Below, piece by piece: positions 1-16,558 of a DNA stretch of 64,000 bases. The stretch's first letter is position 1. Each line of letters begins with the position of its first letter. The stretch comes from the human T2T-CHM13v2.0 reference genome, Homo sapiens. A model generated the notes under the pieces. It worked only from the letters and a program-made list of their open reading frames with translations, was not told the DNA's origin and did no database searches. Where the stretch lies: the NCBI RefSeq assembly GCF_009914755.1, contig NC_060933.1. One strand, written 5' to 3'. A program made the translations under genes and the position numbers.

Positions 1-165
1 GGATTACAGGTGCACGCCACCACGCCTGGCTAATTTTTGAATTTTTAGTAGAGACGGGTTTTCACCATATTGGCCAGGCTGGTCTTGAACTCCTGACCTC
101 AAGTAATCTGCCCGCCTCGGCCTCCCAAAGTGCTGGGATTACAGGCGTGAGCCACCACTCTGGCC
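1..165 (-). mobile_element. AluS (cut by window start)
   Basis: Reverse-complement Alu ending CCCAAAGTGCTGGGATTACAGGCGTGAGCCACC..TGGCC. Confidence 0.9.
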
Positions 166-885
166 TGCATTCTCTTCTAAACTTGGAGGTACTGTCAGCA
201 TTGGGCTTTTATTTCCACATTGCAAAAATCAGTCAGTGCTGTCTAGTGAGGCATGAGCTCTTTACTTTGCCCAGTCCTCAACCAGCCAGCCTCTTTTATT
301 GATCTTTTTCTGCCTAAACTTCTGGATCTTCTGCTAGAGATGGTGGGGTGAGTTGTGATGCTCTTAATTTGAGATGGAGAGCCTGTTTGGAGGAGAGTCA
401 AATTGGTGTACATTCCCTCATTCCTGTTATTCACAATTATATGTTTGGATGGGAGACCTTATTTCTCCAGTGCCTAGGTGTTTTGGTCTGAACTCCTCTC
501 CTGCCTGTACTCCTTGTAACTTCCACTGTATTGTTCTTCTTTTTAACTCTTTCCTTGAATCCACTTCCTCCTTTGTATTTGAAACCTACCCTGCTATCTC
601 TGATTATACCATTGTCCTTGAATCACTCTCTGATGTTTTTATGTCTATTTTTTTTTCTTAATTTTATCCCTTAAACTTTCCCTTTTGTCTCTTTCTAAAT
701 TCTTTAGGTGGATATAGATCATTATGTTTCTTTAACTCCATTGTCATTTATGATAAAATTTCTCTCATTGTTGTGAAACACATGAATTTATATATGTTAC
801 AGATGGGTTTTTTCATGATTTTGCGTTATGGTCTAAGAATGTGTCATATGGAATCTCTGGGTTTTCATATTAAAACTAGGTGCGT

Positions 886-1207
<322 letters not shown>

Positions 1208-2000
1208 GGTGTGTCATTGTATTCTAGTATGAAAACAAATTTTGTGAAAGATTCTTCTATCCAGAAGAGTTATTTCCTTGACTTCTCAGTCTCCATGTTA
1301 TATTAACTATTATTTTTACTTAAGTTTACTTTATTTTCATGTAATTTCAAACTTAGAAAAATGTTGTAATAGTACACCCAGATTCCCCAATTAAGATTTT
1401 ACCACATTTGCTTTAAGTCTCTCTTTGTGTATCTACTCTTTCTCTCTCTATCGTCTGTCTGTCTGTTTTTTTTTTTCCCCTGAACTTGGCTCTGTCAAGT
1501 TGGCCCCTACCAAAGGGAGAGGGTTAATTTATGTTTTAGTTCCATACTTTAAATTTTTTGTTTTGTCATCTCCTCTTAATTAAATAGTTAAACTTCCACT
1601 TATAATGATAGGTTTATTTTTCACAGTTTTTCAGTTTTTCTTATATTTTTGTTATTCTATGTAGGACATATACATTGAACATTATTTTGTATCATAATTT
1701 GTTGTACTTTTTACCTTTGTATAGAGTAGATTTCAAGTATCTCTTGAAGTTATCATAGGACCCAACCTTTTCTGAATTTGTGTTTATATTTTAGTTTTTA
1801 GGTGTTGGGATTTGTCTCCCAATAGAGTTATATAGATCATTCTGCTTTCAGTGGCATTCAACTCATTTACATTAAATTAAGTAATTGATATCTGTGCTAC
1901 CCTCCATCATCATCTTTTTTCTAAATTGCACAATCCAGTGTTTTCGACTATAGTCACAAGGTTGTGGAACATTTTCATCTCCTCCAAAAGGAACTTTACA

Positions 2001-2298
2001 TTTTTTTTTTTTTTTGAGATGGAGTCTCTCTCTGTTGCCCAGGCTGGAGTGCAATGGTGCGATCTTGGCTCACCGCAACCTCTGCCTCCTGGGTTCAAGC
2101 GATTCTCCCTGCCTCAGACTCTCGAATAGCTGGGATTATAAGCGCCCGCCACCATGCCTGGCTAATTTTTTTGTTTTTAGTAGAGGCGGGGTTTTACTGT
2201 GTTGTCCAGGCTGGTCTTGAACTCCTGACCTCAGGTGATCCGCCTGCCTTGGCCTCCCAAAGTGTTGGGATTACAGGTGTGAGCCGCCGCGCCTGGCC
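2001..2298 (-). mobile_element. AluS
   Basis: Full dimer; TSD AAGGAACTTTACATT. Confidence 0.9.
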
Positions 2299-2376
2299 AA
2301 GGAACTTTACATTCTTTAGCAGTCACTCCCCAATCCCCACCTCTCCTCATCCAGCCCTAGGCAACCACTGACGTAC

Positions 2377-2656
2377 TTTTTTTTTTTTTTTTTGAAACAG
2401 TCTCTATCCTCCAGGCTAGAGGACAGTGGTGTGATCTTGGCGCCCTGCAACCTCCGCCTCCCCGGTTCAAGAGATTCTCATACCTCGGCATGAGATTCAG
2501 GTGCCTGTCACCGCGCCTGGCTAATTTTGTATTTTTAGTAGAGACGGAGTTTCACTGCGTTGGCCAGGCTGGTCTCAAACTCCTGACCTCAAGTGATCTG
2601 CCTGCCTCGGCCTCCTAAAATGTTGGGATTACAGGCATGAGCTACCAACCCTGGCC
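2377..2656 (-). mobile_element. AluS with small internal deletion
   Basis: Alu dimer in reverse with poly-T head. Confidence 0.85.
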
Positions 2657-3929
2657 ATGATTTACTATCTTTTGCTGTAGATTTGTCTATTCTGGACATT
2701 TCATATAAATGGAATCATACAATATGACCTTTTATAATTGGCTTCTTTCTCTTAGCATGATGTTTTTAAGGTTAATCCATGTTGTAGGATGTATCAGAAT
2801 TTCATTCCTTTTTTTTGACTGAATAATATTTCATTGTCTCGATAATACCACATTTTGTTTATCCATTCAGTATCCATTCATCTGTTGATAGACATTTTTT
2901 TGTTTTTACTTTTTGACTATTATGAATAATGCCACCATGGATATTCATGTACAAGTTTTTGTGTAAATACATTGTTTCCTATCTCTTGGGTGTATGTATT
3001 CCACCTAGGAGTGGAATTCCTGGGTCACGTGGTGACTCCATGTTTAACATTTTGAAGATTTGCCAAACTGCTGTCCATGTAAAACTCTATGTTTAACATT
3101 TGAGGATTTGCCAAACTATTGTAAATGGTTGCAGCATTTCACATTTTCATCAGCTATGTGTGAACATTCCATTTTCCACATCCTCACCAACCTTTGTTAT
3201 TGTCTTCTTTGTTATAACCAACCATCTTCATTTAAGTTCCTATTTGTTATCCTTCATTTTCCCTATATATGTGGTTTCTTTAATGGAATTTAAATTCTCA
3301 ATTTCTTTTAAGCTGGATTGGGAGATAACTTCAACCTATTTATCCCCCTTCATTTTTTACATTGTTAGAAACATTGTCTTAACTATTTTCTTTATTCATA
3401 TAATTCTATTATTAGCTTCTTGAGCATTTAGGGGCTTGGCATACTTCTCATGTACTTGGAAATTCTATACTTAAATCTGAAAATTCTCTCCGTATATGCT
3501 TTTAGTTTATTAGGTAACTTAATTTATTGTAATTCCTTTGCTACTATTCAAATTCATCTATTTTTTAAAAAGTATCATGTATTTTCCATGGCTCAGCAGC
3601 CTTGTCATTTTTTCAGAAGTCATTTAAGGTTCTAAAGTTCTTAACGTATTCTTGTACCTTTAAAAACTTTGGCAGGTTATTATATTTTCAACCACAGCTC
3701 AATTTCTCTCTCTCTTTTTTTTTTTTTTGCAAATATTCTGAGTCTGTCTTTTCCATGGATTAAAAAAGGGAAAAAACCCACACCTTTTTTCTTTGTTATA
3801 AGAGCAGTATATAATCTGTGTAGAAAATTTGAGGAATATGGAAAAATATGAAGAGGAAATCTGGGATAATTGCCATTCTCTTCTTTAATCTCAGTGTTTA
3901 TGCTAAATTATTTCATTTTTCATCAGAAA

Positions 3930-5143
<1,214 letters not shown>

Positions 5144-6249
5144 TCCTTCTCTCTCTAAAGTGGTTTGAGGTGTTTTCTAGGTGGTACACTTGTGTTTACC
5201 ATTGTTTACTTCAAGGTTATACCATAAGCACATCCTAATTCCCATTTATTTAGACCTAGTTTTAAAAAAATTATTCAATGTTTTACAACAAAATTTGTCG
5301 GGGTTTCTGGTTATGGTAGTGTCTTTTTAAGTTTGTTTTTGGTGGTTTCAGCCAGAGTAACAGTCAGTTTTCTTCATAGTTTGCAGTGTTCTTTTATAAG
5401 GATCTCTTATAACCATTGGAATCCTATAAGGGATTATTATACTCCTTTTTTTTTTTAAATTCTAGGAAACTGGGATTCTCAGATTTAGCACTTGGTCAAG
5501 ATCATATAGTTACTTTTACTTAATCAAATAATTGGAACCCCAAGTCTGGAACTCTTTCTAATGCACCAGAATTTTGTGAAGTCTTTAAAAAATTATCTTT
5601 TAAAATCATTAATACCAGGTTTTTCAGTGCCAGTATGCAAGTTGCTGTGTAGATTTTCATCTTTGTGGGTGATTTCCCTGGGTTCTGGCTACCTCCTATT
5701 CTACTTAGTGTTGCAGACACTAAGGGATAGTGGTTAGAAATAGAACCAGAGGACATTGTTCTTGTGTTTAGATTAATTATTGATTTAAAAAACAGTTTAA
5801 TGAAGGAAATGTATTGAGTATACCTGCAAAATCTTATATATGTAAACAGGCATATGTTTCAAAATAATGGGATTATAACTGTATGTATAGTTTTACAATG
5901 TGTTTTTTTTCACAATAGGTCTTAGTTGTCTTTTCATATCACTACATGTGTTTCTACCAAAGTCTGTGTAGTATTATGTCAATAATTTAATTCCCAAAAG
6001 ATAGACATTTAGATTGTTTTCTACTTTGGTTTTACAGAAAGTGCTGACGTTAACAATCTTGGACATAGGTTTTTGTATGTTTTTCTTTTATATCTGTTAT
6101 AGTTTCCTGGAAATGTTGGGTAAAAGGATAAAGACAATTAAAATGGCAATGCATATGGACACATGAGAGGTTGTGCCACTATGTACTTCCACAGTTGGTT
6201 TGAGTGCTCATTTTTCTATACTTTCTCCAGAACTGGTGCTAATAAAAAA

Positions 6250-6480
6250 CAATAGTAGCTTACACTTAATAGAGTACTTATTATGTGTATTATTATTTTG
6301 CTCTAAGTGCTTTCCATATCTTTAATCCTCCGTCAGAATTTTGAGATAGGTGCTGTTATTGTCCCCATTTTGTAGATGAAGAAATGGAGGCATAGGTGGT
6401 AAATTACTAAGCTCACACAGCTGTGATAAGTGGTAGAGCCGGGATGCTGGACAAGGTGGTCTGATGCCAGGGTGTCCCTC
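6250..6480 (-). mobile_element. MIR
   Basis: TTATTGTCCCCATTTTGTAGATGAAGAAATGGAGGCA MIR core. Confidence 0.7.
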
Positions 6481-6877
6481 TTAAAAAACATATTATAATG
6501 CCTGTTTTTAATTTTTTTATTTCAATTTTTCCAAAATTTAAGCAGCATGATTTATATGATTTAAAAATTATTTCTATTTTTTATTGAGATAATTTTCATA
6601 ATGTAAAATTCAGCATGTTAAAGTATACAATTCAGTGGTTTTCGTACATTTACTATATTGTGCAGTGATCATCACTATCTACCATCTAATTATAGAACAT
6701 TTCTATCACCCCAGAAAGTTTCTACCTGTTAACAGTCAGTCCCACTACTCCACACCCCCATCCCCTGGTAACCACATAGAGACTTTCTCTGTGGATTTAT
6801 TTATTTTGGATATTTCATATAAATGGAATAATACAATGTGTAGCCTTTTGTGCCTGAGTTATTTCTTTTAACATAAT

Positions 6878-7168
<291 letters not shown>

Positions 7169-8508
7169 TAATTTTCAAGGTTCTTATATACTGTAGCATG
7201 TAATTGTTTTATTTGATTTCAAAAGTAATACAAGTTTGTTGTAAAACTCAATTCAGAAAAATACAGAATAATGAAGAAAGCTTAAATTCTACCGAGAGAT
7301 AACTGTGGTTCCTATTTTGGTGGGTATACCTTCCAGGTTTTTAAAATAGGCATTAAAAAAAGTTTGTGTTACATACATTTTAAAAAGCCTGACTTTAAAT
7401 GTGTCATGTCAGGAAATGTAGAGATTTTTCATCATTAATTTTAATAACCGCACCATAACAGATTCAGTTTATGGTTTGCCAGGCTAGTGTCAGAACCCCA
7501 GAGATCAGAAACATCCATGAGGAAGAGAGTGTCACAGCTCTGAGATCTTTGGCTAGGATTGGCGAGGCCTGGAAAGACCCTGGGAGACTTAACCACTCAA
7601 CTCTGTACCCAGGCCTTTTCTTCCATCTGATCTTACAGTAGTTTTTCTCCCTGTCACCTTGCCTGGAGAGTCCTGATACAGGCATTTAGAATTAAAGTAG
7701 GCAGCGGGGGAAGATTGCAGGAGTGGGGGTGGAGGATTGACAGGAGCAATGTGGTTTAACAAAGGGTAGTTGGCAGTAGTATGCAAAATGGAATGAAAAA
7801 TATTGGAGTCAGACGATTGTGTGGCATATGTGAAATTTCTTTCGTTAAGTATAGCTTAGAGAAGTTTTAGCCATCTCTGCAGTTGATGCTTTTTAATATT
7901 AATGTAAACTGCTTTTGGTTTTGTATCATAAAATATTAGGTAAAGTTTCTTTTTCCTCCTCATATCTTTATACTAGAAGATAACTAATATGATTAGTAAA
8001 CAAGTTGAAGAGGATTTAATTTCTAATTTTTCTGATTTCCTGGGACTTGAAGTCAACATTTGCTAAATCTATTGCTTGATTTTATACCCTGAAATGTATT
8101 TTCAGTGATTTGTGTCATTAGAGGTGCCCCTCAGATTGGTTGGGAGTTGAAGTCATATCTGGGAAAAGAAAAAAAGTGAATATTTGTTGTATAACTACTT
8201 GTTTTAGGCACGATTGCTTTTGAATACATTATCTAATCATTACAATATCAAAGGAAAGTATTATTCTAAAAGGAGAACTACCACGTGAACTTGGCCCTTC
8301 CTGATATCTAAACTTATGCTTCGTCTGTGGTATAGCAAACTGTCTCTGGGGTTGTCTTTGAAATCACATTGAGGTTTTTTTTTTTTCCCCATTAAATAAT
8401 AACCAATATAGAAACTTGAAAAGGGGAGAAATCACTCATTGTTTAACTGCTGTAACAGGTTACTGTTACCGGTTTTGTTTATTCCTGGCTGGATTATCTT
8501 ATATGTAT

Positions 8509-8509
<1 letters not shown>

Positions 8510-8548
<39 letters not shown>

Positions 8549-8567
8549 TATGTGTGTATGTGTGTGT
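8510..8567. repeat. (TG)n microsatellite forming the tail of a partial antisense Alu monomer (to ~8672)
   Basis: Direct reading. Confidence 0.9.
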
Positions 8568-9551
8568 TTGAAATGAGTTTCACTATATTGTCCCGGCTGA
8601 TCTTCAACTCCTGGTCCTTCTGCTTCAGCCTCCAAAGTAGCTGGGACTACAGGCCTGCATCACAGTGCCTGGCAGGTTTTTCATATAAAATCATAGTCTG
8701 TGTATATAGTTTTGTGGTCTGCATTTTCACTTTAACATTAATAAGCTTATTTCCATATTCTATAATATACATCTTTAAATAGCTTTATAATATTCCATAG
8801 TTGTACCACACCATTTCCTGGTGTGCAATATTTCAAATATTTAAATATTTTAAATGTTTCTGCTATTTTCAGTATAGAGATCATGGAATTGTTTTGTAGG
8901 CAGTTGGGTACATGTTCAAGAACAAACTGGCCTTGTTCTGGGAGTGAAACCATCCAGCAGGGTCCTGTCAGATTGGATTGGTTTGCTTTTCTGAAAAAGG
9001 GCAGATTTCTCCAAATACTACTAACATCTAGACAGTCAGTATAAACTCATGACAAATTTTTTTAAAGGACAAGGTGAAAAGTTTGAACATATTCTGTGGG
9101 GAGTCAATACAGAATCCAGTAGAGATGAATTAAAGTTTTCCACATGTTAATAAGGCCTTAGGGAACATTAATTTATAGGACTTTCCCCAGCAGTGCTCTG
9201 AAGACTGGAAATAGCACTAGCAAAAACAGATGACATGGCTTTAATATGGTTGGGAAAACCAGGTTTGAAGACTCGAAGTGGTGGGTGTGAATGTGAATAC
9301 TGCCAGAGAATGAACAAAATGAGATGACACATGGGATGGTTGAAGGCAGAACATTTACTATACAGTAGGGATCCTTTTGTCTTGGTCCCATAAGAATCTG
9401 GTAGTTATTTGGTTAATTGAGAAAGTTATTTAAAGTAGGGAGTCACAAAAATGATTCATAAGTGCATGTAACATTTTATTTTAACATACACATATTTATT
9501 AAATATTTTGAAAGAGGGCCTATAATTTTTCTTTGAGAATAGTTTCTTTCC

Positions 9552-9852
9552 TTTTTTTTTTTTTTTTGAGACAGAGTCTCGCTCTGTAGCCCAGGCTGGA
9601 GTGCAGTGGCACGATCTTACTCACTGCTACCTCTGCCTCCTGGGTCGCAGTTCAAGCAATTCTCCTGCCTCAGCCTCCCGAGTAGCTGGGATTACAGGCT
9701 CGTGCCACCACGCCCAGCTAATTTTTGTATTTTTAGTAGAGAGGGGGTTTCATCACGTTGGCCAGGCTGGTCTTGAACTCTTGACCTCATGATCTGCCCG
9801 CCTTGGCCTCCCAAAGTGCTGGGATTGCAGGCGTGAGCCACCGCACCTGGCC
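9552..9852 (-). mobile_element. AluS
   Basis: Full reverse dimer. Confidence 0.9.
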
Positions 9853-10708
9853 TCCTCTTTCTTGAACAAACCACTTGTATAATGCATTGATAACAAACTC
9901 CAGTTTTAATCCCTTTAAAAAGGAAGCTAAAGACTTGTGGATGCAGAATTCTAAATGCAACTGTAGGTTTTTTTTAAAAAGTAGCTCACCTTATTCAAGT
10001 CTTTGAGTTTAGTTTTCATAGAAGTAATTTATTTTCACTCATATGAAATGTTGAAATCACATAATTGTAGTAACAACTACATAGGCTGGGTAGCTGACTC
10101 TTGAAGCACAAGAACAGCTACCTTGGTTGGAGCTAAAGTGCTCATGGATGTTCTAGAGAGGGCCTAGTAGCCTTGAGAATTCATTGTGCCATAGGCATTG
10201 CTCTGTAGGTTTTATAGAGAATGACACACTTTGGTTAATCTGGAGAGTTGATTAAGTTGGAGATAAGTTCTAAGAGTGTTATTGACACGGACTGGGCAGT
10301 AGGAGAAGGAAAAAGGAGTGGGTAAATGAAAAGAGGTCAGAAAATTGGGGGGATAATGAAGACTGTTTGGTTACAAGGGGAGGCCAGAAGTGTCAACTGC
10401 TCTAGAAGGGTCAAGAAAAGGATTGGAGGATTTAAGAAAAAAGCCACTGGATCTGAGGTTGCTTTGACCTTGAAGAAGAAGAGTTGCTATAGGAAGAAGG
10501 AGGAAGTGAGGCCTGCTGGAGGTTAAGGTACTATTAAAGGTGGGGGATTTAACATAAACTTGGAATCAATATATTTAGGTTCCTCTACTGAAATGGAGAA
10601 TAGCTGTGGCAGTATGTTGAGATCTTTTGAGATTGCCGATTATTTGACTAATTTTCCTTGTAGTGATTGTGTCAGAGAATTAGATGTAAAGTGTTTGCTT
10701 TCCCTTTA

Positions 10709-10938
10709 CTGTAGTTTTCAACTGGGGACAGTTTTGCCCCCTTCCCCCCTCTCCCCCCCACAGGATGTGGTTGCTTATGTCCAGACAATTTTGGTTGTCA
10801 GAGCTGGTGTGGTCCTACTGGCATCTAGTGGGCAGAGGCCAGGACTGTTGCTAAACAACCTCCAGTGTACAGGATATTCCCTACAACAAAGAATTATCTG
10901 GTTCCAAATGTCAATAGTGCCCAGACTGAGAAACCCTG
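10709..10938 (+). mobile_element. MER20 (hAT-Charlie) DNA transposon
   Basis: CTACTGGCATCTAGTGGGCAGAGGCCAGG...ACAACAAAGAATTATCTGG..CCAAATGTCAATAGTGC...TGAGAAACCCTG. Confidence 0.85.
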
Positions 10939-11569
10939 AGTTCTGTTGTAACATCTAATGAAGTTTATTTCCTTTTGGCTCTCCGTGAGTGTTAGCTAAC
11001 TCATAAGATCCCCAAAACTACCTTTCTTTTTAACGGAAGGGTGGTAGAAAAGTCGTATCATTCTGGAAGGCTGCTGGATCTCATTTTGAATCAGAGCCTG
11101 AACCTAGTTGTTGCTGCCAGAAGTTGGGAATTTGGGCAGCTCAGGTTCATAGAAAGCAGAGTTTCTCCCACTAGTGTGTATTGTTTCTGAGCTTTGAAAT
11201 GTTAATGAAATTCTCGAGACAAGTTTTACATTTTGAGAATTGTGGGGCAGATTTGCAACAAGAGCAAAATATTTTGTTCTGAGCAACTCTTGTGAGTACT
11301 TCTTTGTGTAAAACATTTCTATTTGGAGAATTCATTTTTGAGGGCCTTAGTAATGGCTCATCCGTTTTACTGAATTTCCATTTTGGTTTCAGGAAGGCAG
11401 GTGGGTAATCATCATAATCATTGACAGGTAGTAGAATGTCCTCTTGATGCCTGGTACTGTACAGAATACTTGAAAACAAAGAACATTCAGAAGATGATCC
11501 CAAAATAGATTCCTTCTGTATTGGGTTTAAGCTAAGGCAGTGATTCTGTTCTCAAATTTGTTAGAAATC

Positions 11570-11923
<354 letters not shown>

Positions 11924-13920
11924 TCATGATTCTCTTGATAAATTTTATCATGTGGTCTCTGATGTAGCACAAAATTTTTTAAGACCATTGCTTAGAAATA
12001 TTTATCTTATTAAATTTACACACAATCATTCTATTGGAATTATGTTTGCATGTATCAGTGGTGTGACCAGTGGTGGCTTATATGATAAGGGCTTTTTAAA
12101 AAATGTATTCATTTATATACATTATTTTCTATAATGGTAAGTCTGGAAAGAGGAAATCCACAGGCGGTGTGGTGATTTTATGATTCCTCCATCTTACTGT
12201 CTTGCTCCTGGTCTTTCTGGTCTGTCATCTTTTGGCTGCTGCAACTTTAGGCAACAGGTTTGCTCTCCAGTCAAGGAAAAAAACAGAGGAAGAATGAAGG
12301 AGGAAGGGACAGTGCCTACATATGAACACAGAGCGAGGGAGGCCAAGAAATGTAGGTTATTTAGTTGGGTACTTTGTTTCCCTGAACAAAATTGGAGTTC
12401 TCTAAGTAAGAAGGGGAGAATAGATCCAAGGTAGGCAATTAGCAGTGACTGCTGCAACTACAAAACAATTTAAAATGTCCATTCATGAGCTTGTGACATT
12501 CATGACCTGACCTGTGTTCTCATGAAACATTGTTGGAATATTTGTATTAGTATTCCTTACCTATTTGTTGAACATACTTTTGCTGCTAGCCAGCAAAATA
12601 TCTGAAATCATCTGATGTTAGTTGATAGCCAGCAACAAATCTGAAATAATCTCAGATATTGAAGGTTTAAGAAACATAAATGAAAAAACCCCTTAAAAAT
12701 GAGAAGTTTTTTTTGTTGATTTTTTTTTCGTTTGCAAATGAGAAAATTTCATATTTGATTTTAATGAAGGCACACCCTAGTCCAGGACACCAGTGTTCCT
12801 GAGGAACATGGTTTTGGAACCACTGATATTAATATTGTTTGTGTGTACTATGAAATTACTTTCTCTCTGCTTTCACTTACATTGTTTTCCTAGATAAAAA
12901 CGTTCTCTTTTCTTTCCTGTCTTTTACTATTACTCATATGTTGTGGGCAATTAGAACATTCTATATTTAAAATATCTTTTCCAAATTCTTTATAATGATC
13001 CTGTATTAGCTTTATTATGATAAAAAAGCCTTATTAATTTTTCAAGGTCAATACAAGTCTTGTTTTTTCTGACACTGCACCCTATGCCTCAAATCCAGTT
13101 TTGTCCCCTGTCTCTTGAACTCCTACAGCAGTCATAGACTGTATGACGCATTTAGCCCCTTAATTATAGACTGTATTGAATTCATCACTAATTGTTGCAT
13201 ATATTAGCAAGATCATCCCGTTACATTTTTTTCCTGTGTGTCCAAAATTCTTAGCATAGTTTTAAGTACCTAGTAGATGCTTAGTAATGGCTTTCTGATG
13301 ATAAACTAATCACATTTATGCATGAACACACATGAAACTAGCATGGATTTGATAGCAAGATATGCATAAAATAAAATATGACTAATAACCAGAGTAATCA
13401 GAATTTCATGACTTTTACCCTTACCTATTAATGATATAGGACCTCTAGCACCCTCATAAATGCCTCCCTCCAAGATTTATTCCGGGAGTCACCAAATTGT
13501 GTTTGATGTGTGCCCACTAATGCATTCCACTGCTACATGACACCTGTCTTTTTCTTCCTGTGCTGTTTGCTGCCTCTGCAGTTGCACGTTGGTACCTCCT
13601 GTCAGATATCAGAGGTCTACCTCTTTGCCCGACACTACCATCTCCTTGGTCTTATGCTATCCTGCTAGATACATTGCTGATATTCAGGGACTGTTGATGT
13701 GTCCCAGCTCCTTTCTCCCCATATATTATGTCTTGTGTGAGCATCAAAGCAGAGCTTGTCACTTCGTTTTTAGTGAAAATCATTCTTTAGTTTCTTTGTT
13801 GTAGCTCCTCTGTCTCTGTTATGAGTTCTTGGAGCTGGGCTGGAGGAGCAAACCAAGTCTTTAGAAGGGACTGTGCTCAGGATCACTTCTCTTGTTCAAG
13901 GCTGTGTTTATGCCAAGTTC

Positions 13921-14236
<316 letters not shown>

Positions 14237-14987
14237 TAGCAGGGATGATTATTCCCCTAAAGTATTCTGTAGTCCCTCATACAAACATTCCTTGGGGTTA
14301 CCAAATGTGACTCCTGGTGGCAGGGATGGTTTAGGTTCTAGCTTGCAATCCACTGTACCTGTAAAGTACAACAGGTAAAACATTACAATTCAAGAGTCTC
14401 AAAGTAGCAAATCATAACTCAGAGTATTATCTTGCCTCGCAGACAAAATAAAAACTTTACTTATTCTTGTTTTTTATGTCTGGTTGTAATAGAACCCAGT
14501 GTGAACTTTAAGCCTACAGAGAAAGGAGAAAAGACAAATGCACTGTATTTCATTAGTCAAATTGTGCAGTTCTTATTTCTGTAGCCCCTAAACTTGATTA
14601 AGCTCTTAGTTGAGCAGATATTGTACATTCTTACCCTCTTTTACAGGGCAGTTCTTTATTAATATTTTGTTATCTTCCTTTTGTCTGAAGATGTGTCTTT
14701 GATAGTAATTGGAACCAGACCTTGTCCAAGTTCCTAGCAGAAGTGTGGGTAGATAGGGGGAAAATCCCTATACCTAGGATTGAGCCTCAAGAGCTAAAGC
14801 AAGGTCAAGGGGGAAAGGGAAGAGACAGCAAAAATGGGGAGGTAAGGAGAACCAAGGACATAAAGCTTCCACAGCCAGGGTGATGAGGAATGAAAAGATG
14901 GCCTTCTCTACCTGGAATAGTTTGTGAAACAGTAAGAATAACAAAATGCTTGTGTTAGCTTTCTCTTGCTTTAAGTTTCCACTCATG

Positions 14988-15027
<40 letters not shown>

Positions 15028-16366
15028 GTGAGTGCTTGAGCTTTAATCCAGTTCTGTGCACCTGAGATCATTTAAGGAAAATAATTTTTTGTAACCCAGA
15101 AATCATTTAAGAAAGATAATTTTTTTGTAACCCACCTAGATGTGATCTTGCCCTTGTGCAGTACTTAGTTGACAGTGACTACTCAAGTAAGTACTGTTGA
15201 CTGTCAACTCCTTAGGGATTCAGGTACTTGATTGCCAGCTCCTCGGAGGGTGAGCTAGGAGTAGGAGACCCAAGACACCACTGCAGAGCAGTGGGAATAA
15301 ATGGGGTAGAGAGAGGTAATGAAATATCACTAGGACAGTTGTCACCGGACATAGAATTCCCTTGACTTAGTTTACTGAGTCCTGCTTTGAAATCTAGAAA
15401 TAGAAAACAACCAGGAATGGGGATAACTGGAGAAATGCTCCCTTAGATCTCTTTGCCGGGACCTCATCATGATCTAGAGATACAGGAGTCCTTGCTCTTT
15501 TCCCAGAGAGTCTTAGCTTTTGAGCAGCAGAATCAGGAGTTAATCTAGGACTCTCTCTGCTCCCAGACTCATGTATTCACCACTACACTGGGATGGTTTT
15601 TTTTTTTTTAAACAGTCATTTGTTTATTGTTTGCCTAAGTGCATTTGTTTTTGTAAGCTCTCATTCCCCATACAAAGTATATGAAAATTGCATTGTAGTG
15701 ATTTTCACCCACTTTCACTGATTGGCAGCTTCAAGCACTAACCTTGAAGCTTAATTTGATGCTTAATGTTGGAGCAGGAGCAATATGACCACAGAATTCT
15801 GGTATTGTTGATTGGCTCTGCTTGCTTTGGTAGAGTCAACTTAATTCAGTCCATTAAAAGTTTTAAGTCTAGTAAGATTTTGAATCTCTTTAATTCTGTG
15901 TACACAAATGCTCCATATTATTTATTGTATGAAATTCAGATTCACTGTTCTTTTGTAGTTAAAATAGTTTGCCTAGAATGAATAATGATCACCCAAAATT
16001 TATTCTGCATACCAAAATAATTAAGATAATTTTTATCTCATTTAATTAATATTACTGTTAATTCTCATTAGCCTTAAAAGTAACTTACTAGAAAAATAAC
16101 CTAAAATGTTAAATAAGAAATAGTAAGATTGCTACCTTAAGGCCTTAGAAGGCAAAATGGAAAAATTCCACAGATTTACCTTTGGAAATTATGTTAAGTC
16201 CTGAAATTTTGAGTTCTATTTTGAGTTACTTTTAGGCTCATTACTATGCAGGATTCTGTTTGGGGAATACTGAGCATTTTGTGTCTTACAGAATTTCTTT
16301 TTGTATAGTTATGTCTTATTACACTTCTGAATGGGGGGGCTCAATACATTTTAAGGACTTTTTCAT

Positions 16367-16400
16367 ACACACACACACACACGCGCACAGACACACACAC
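16367..16400. repeat. Imperfect (CA)n just upstream of the exon 2 acceptor
   Basis: Direct reading. Confidence 0.9.
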
Positions 16401-16448
16401 GTAATAAAAAGCCAAATATATATGTCAAACAATTTTTTTCTTTTGCAG

Positions 16449-16558
16449 AATTAAATGTGAGGGAGTCTGACGTAAGAGTTTGTGATGAGTCATCATGTAA
16501 ATATGGAGGAGTCTGTAAAGAAGATGGAGATGGTTTGAAATGTGCATGCCAATTTCAG
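16449..16558 (+). CDS. TMEFF1: TMEFF1 coding exon (probable exon 2), 110 nt, phase 1 to 0; N-terminal part of follistatin module 1
   Basis: Acceptor ttttttcttttgcag|AATTA, donor TTTCAG|gtgagg; translates (E)LNVRESDVRVCDESSCKYGGVCKEDGDGLKCACQFQ. Confidence 0.95.

Larger units (their letters stand above)
1915..3210 (-). mobile_element. Old L1M 3' fragment split by two Alus
   Basis: CTATTCTGGACATTTCATATAAATGGAATCATACAATATG...TGGCTTCTTTC.CTTAGCAT hallmark of antisense L1M 3' ends. Confidence 0.7.

Noticed and set aside
12587-12660. ~39-bp imperfect tandem duplication (a similar one lies at ~3038-3118)
   Set aside because: Ordinary local slippage duplications with no sign of function.
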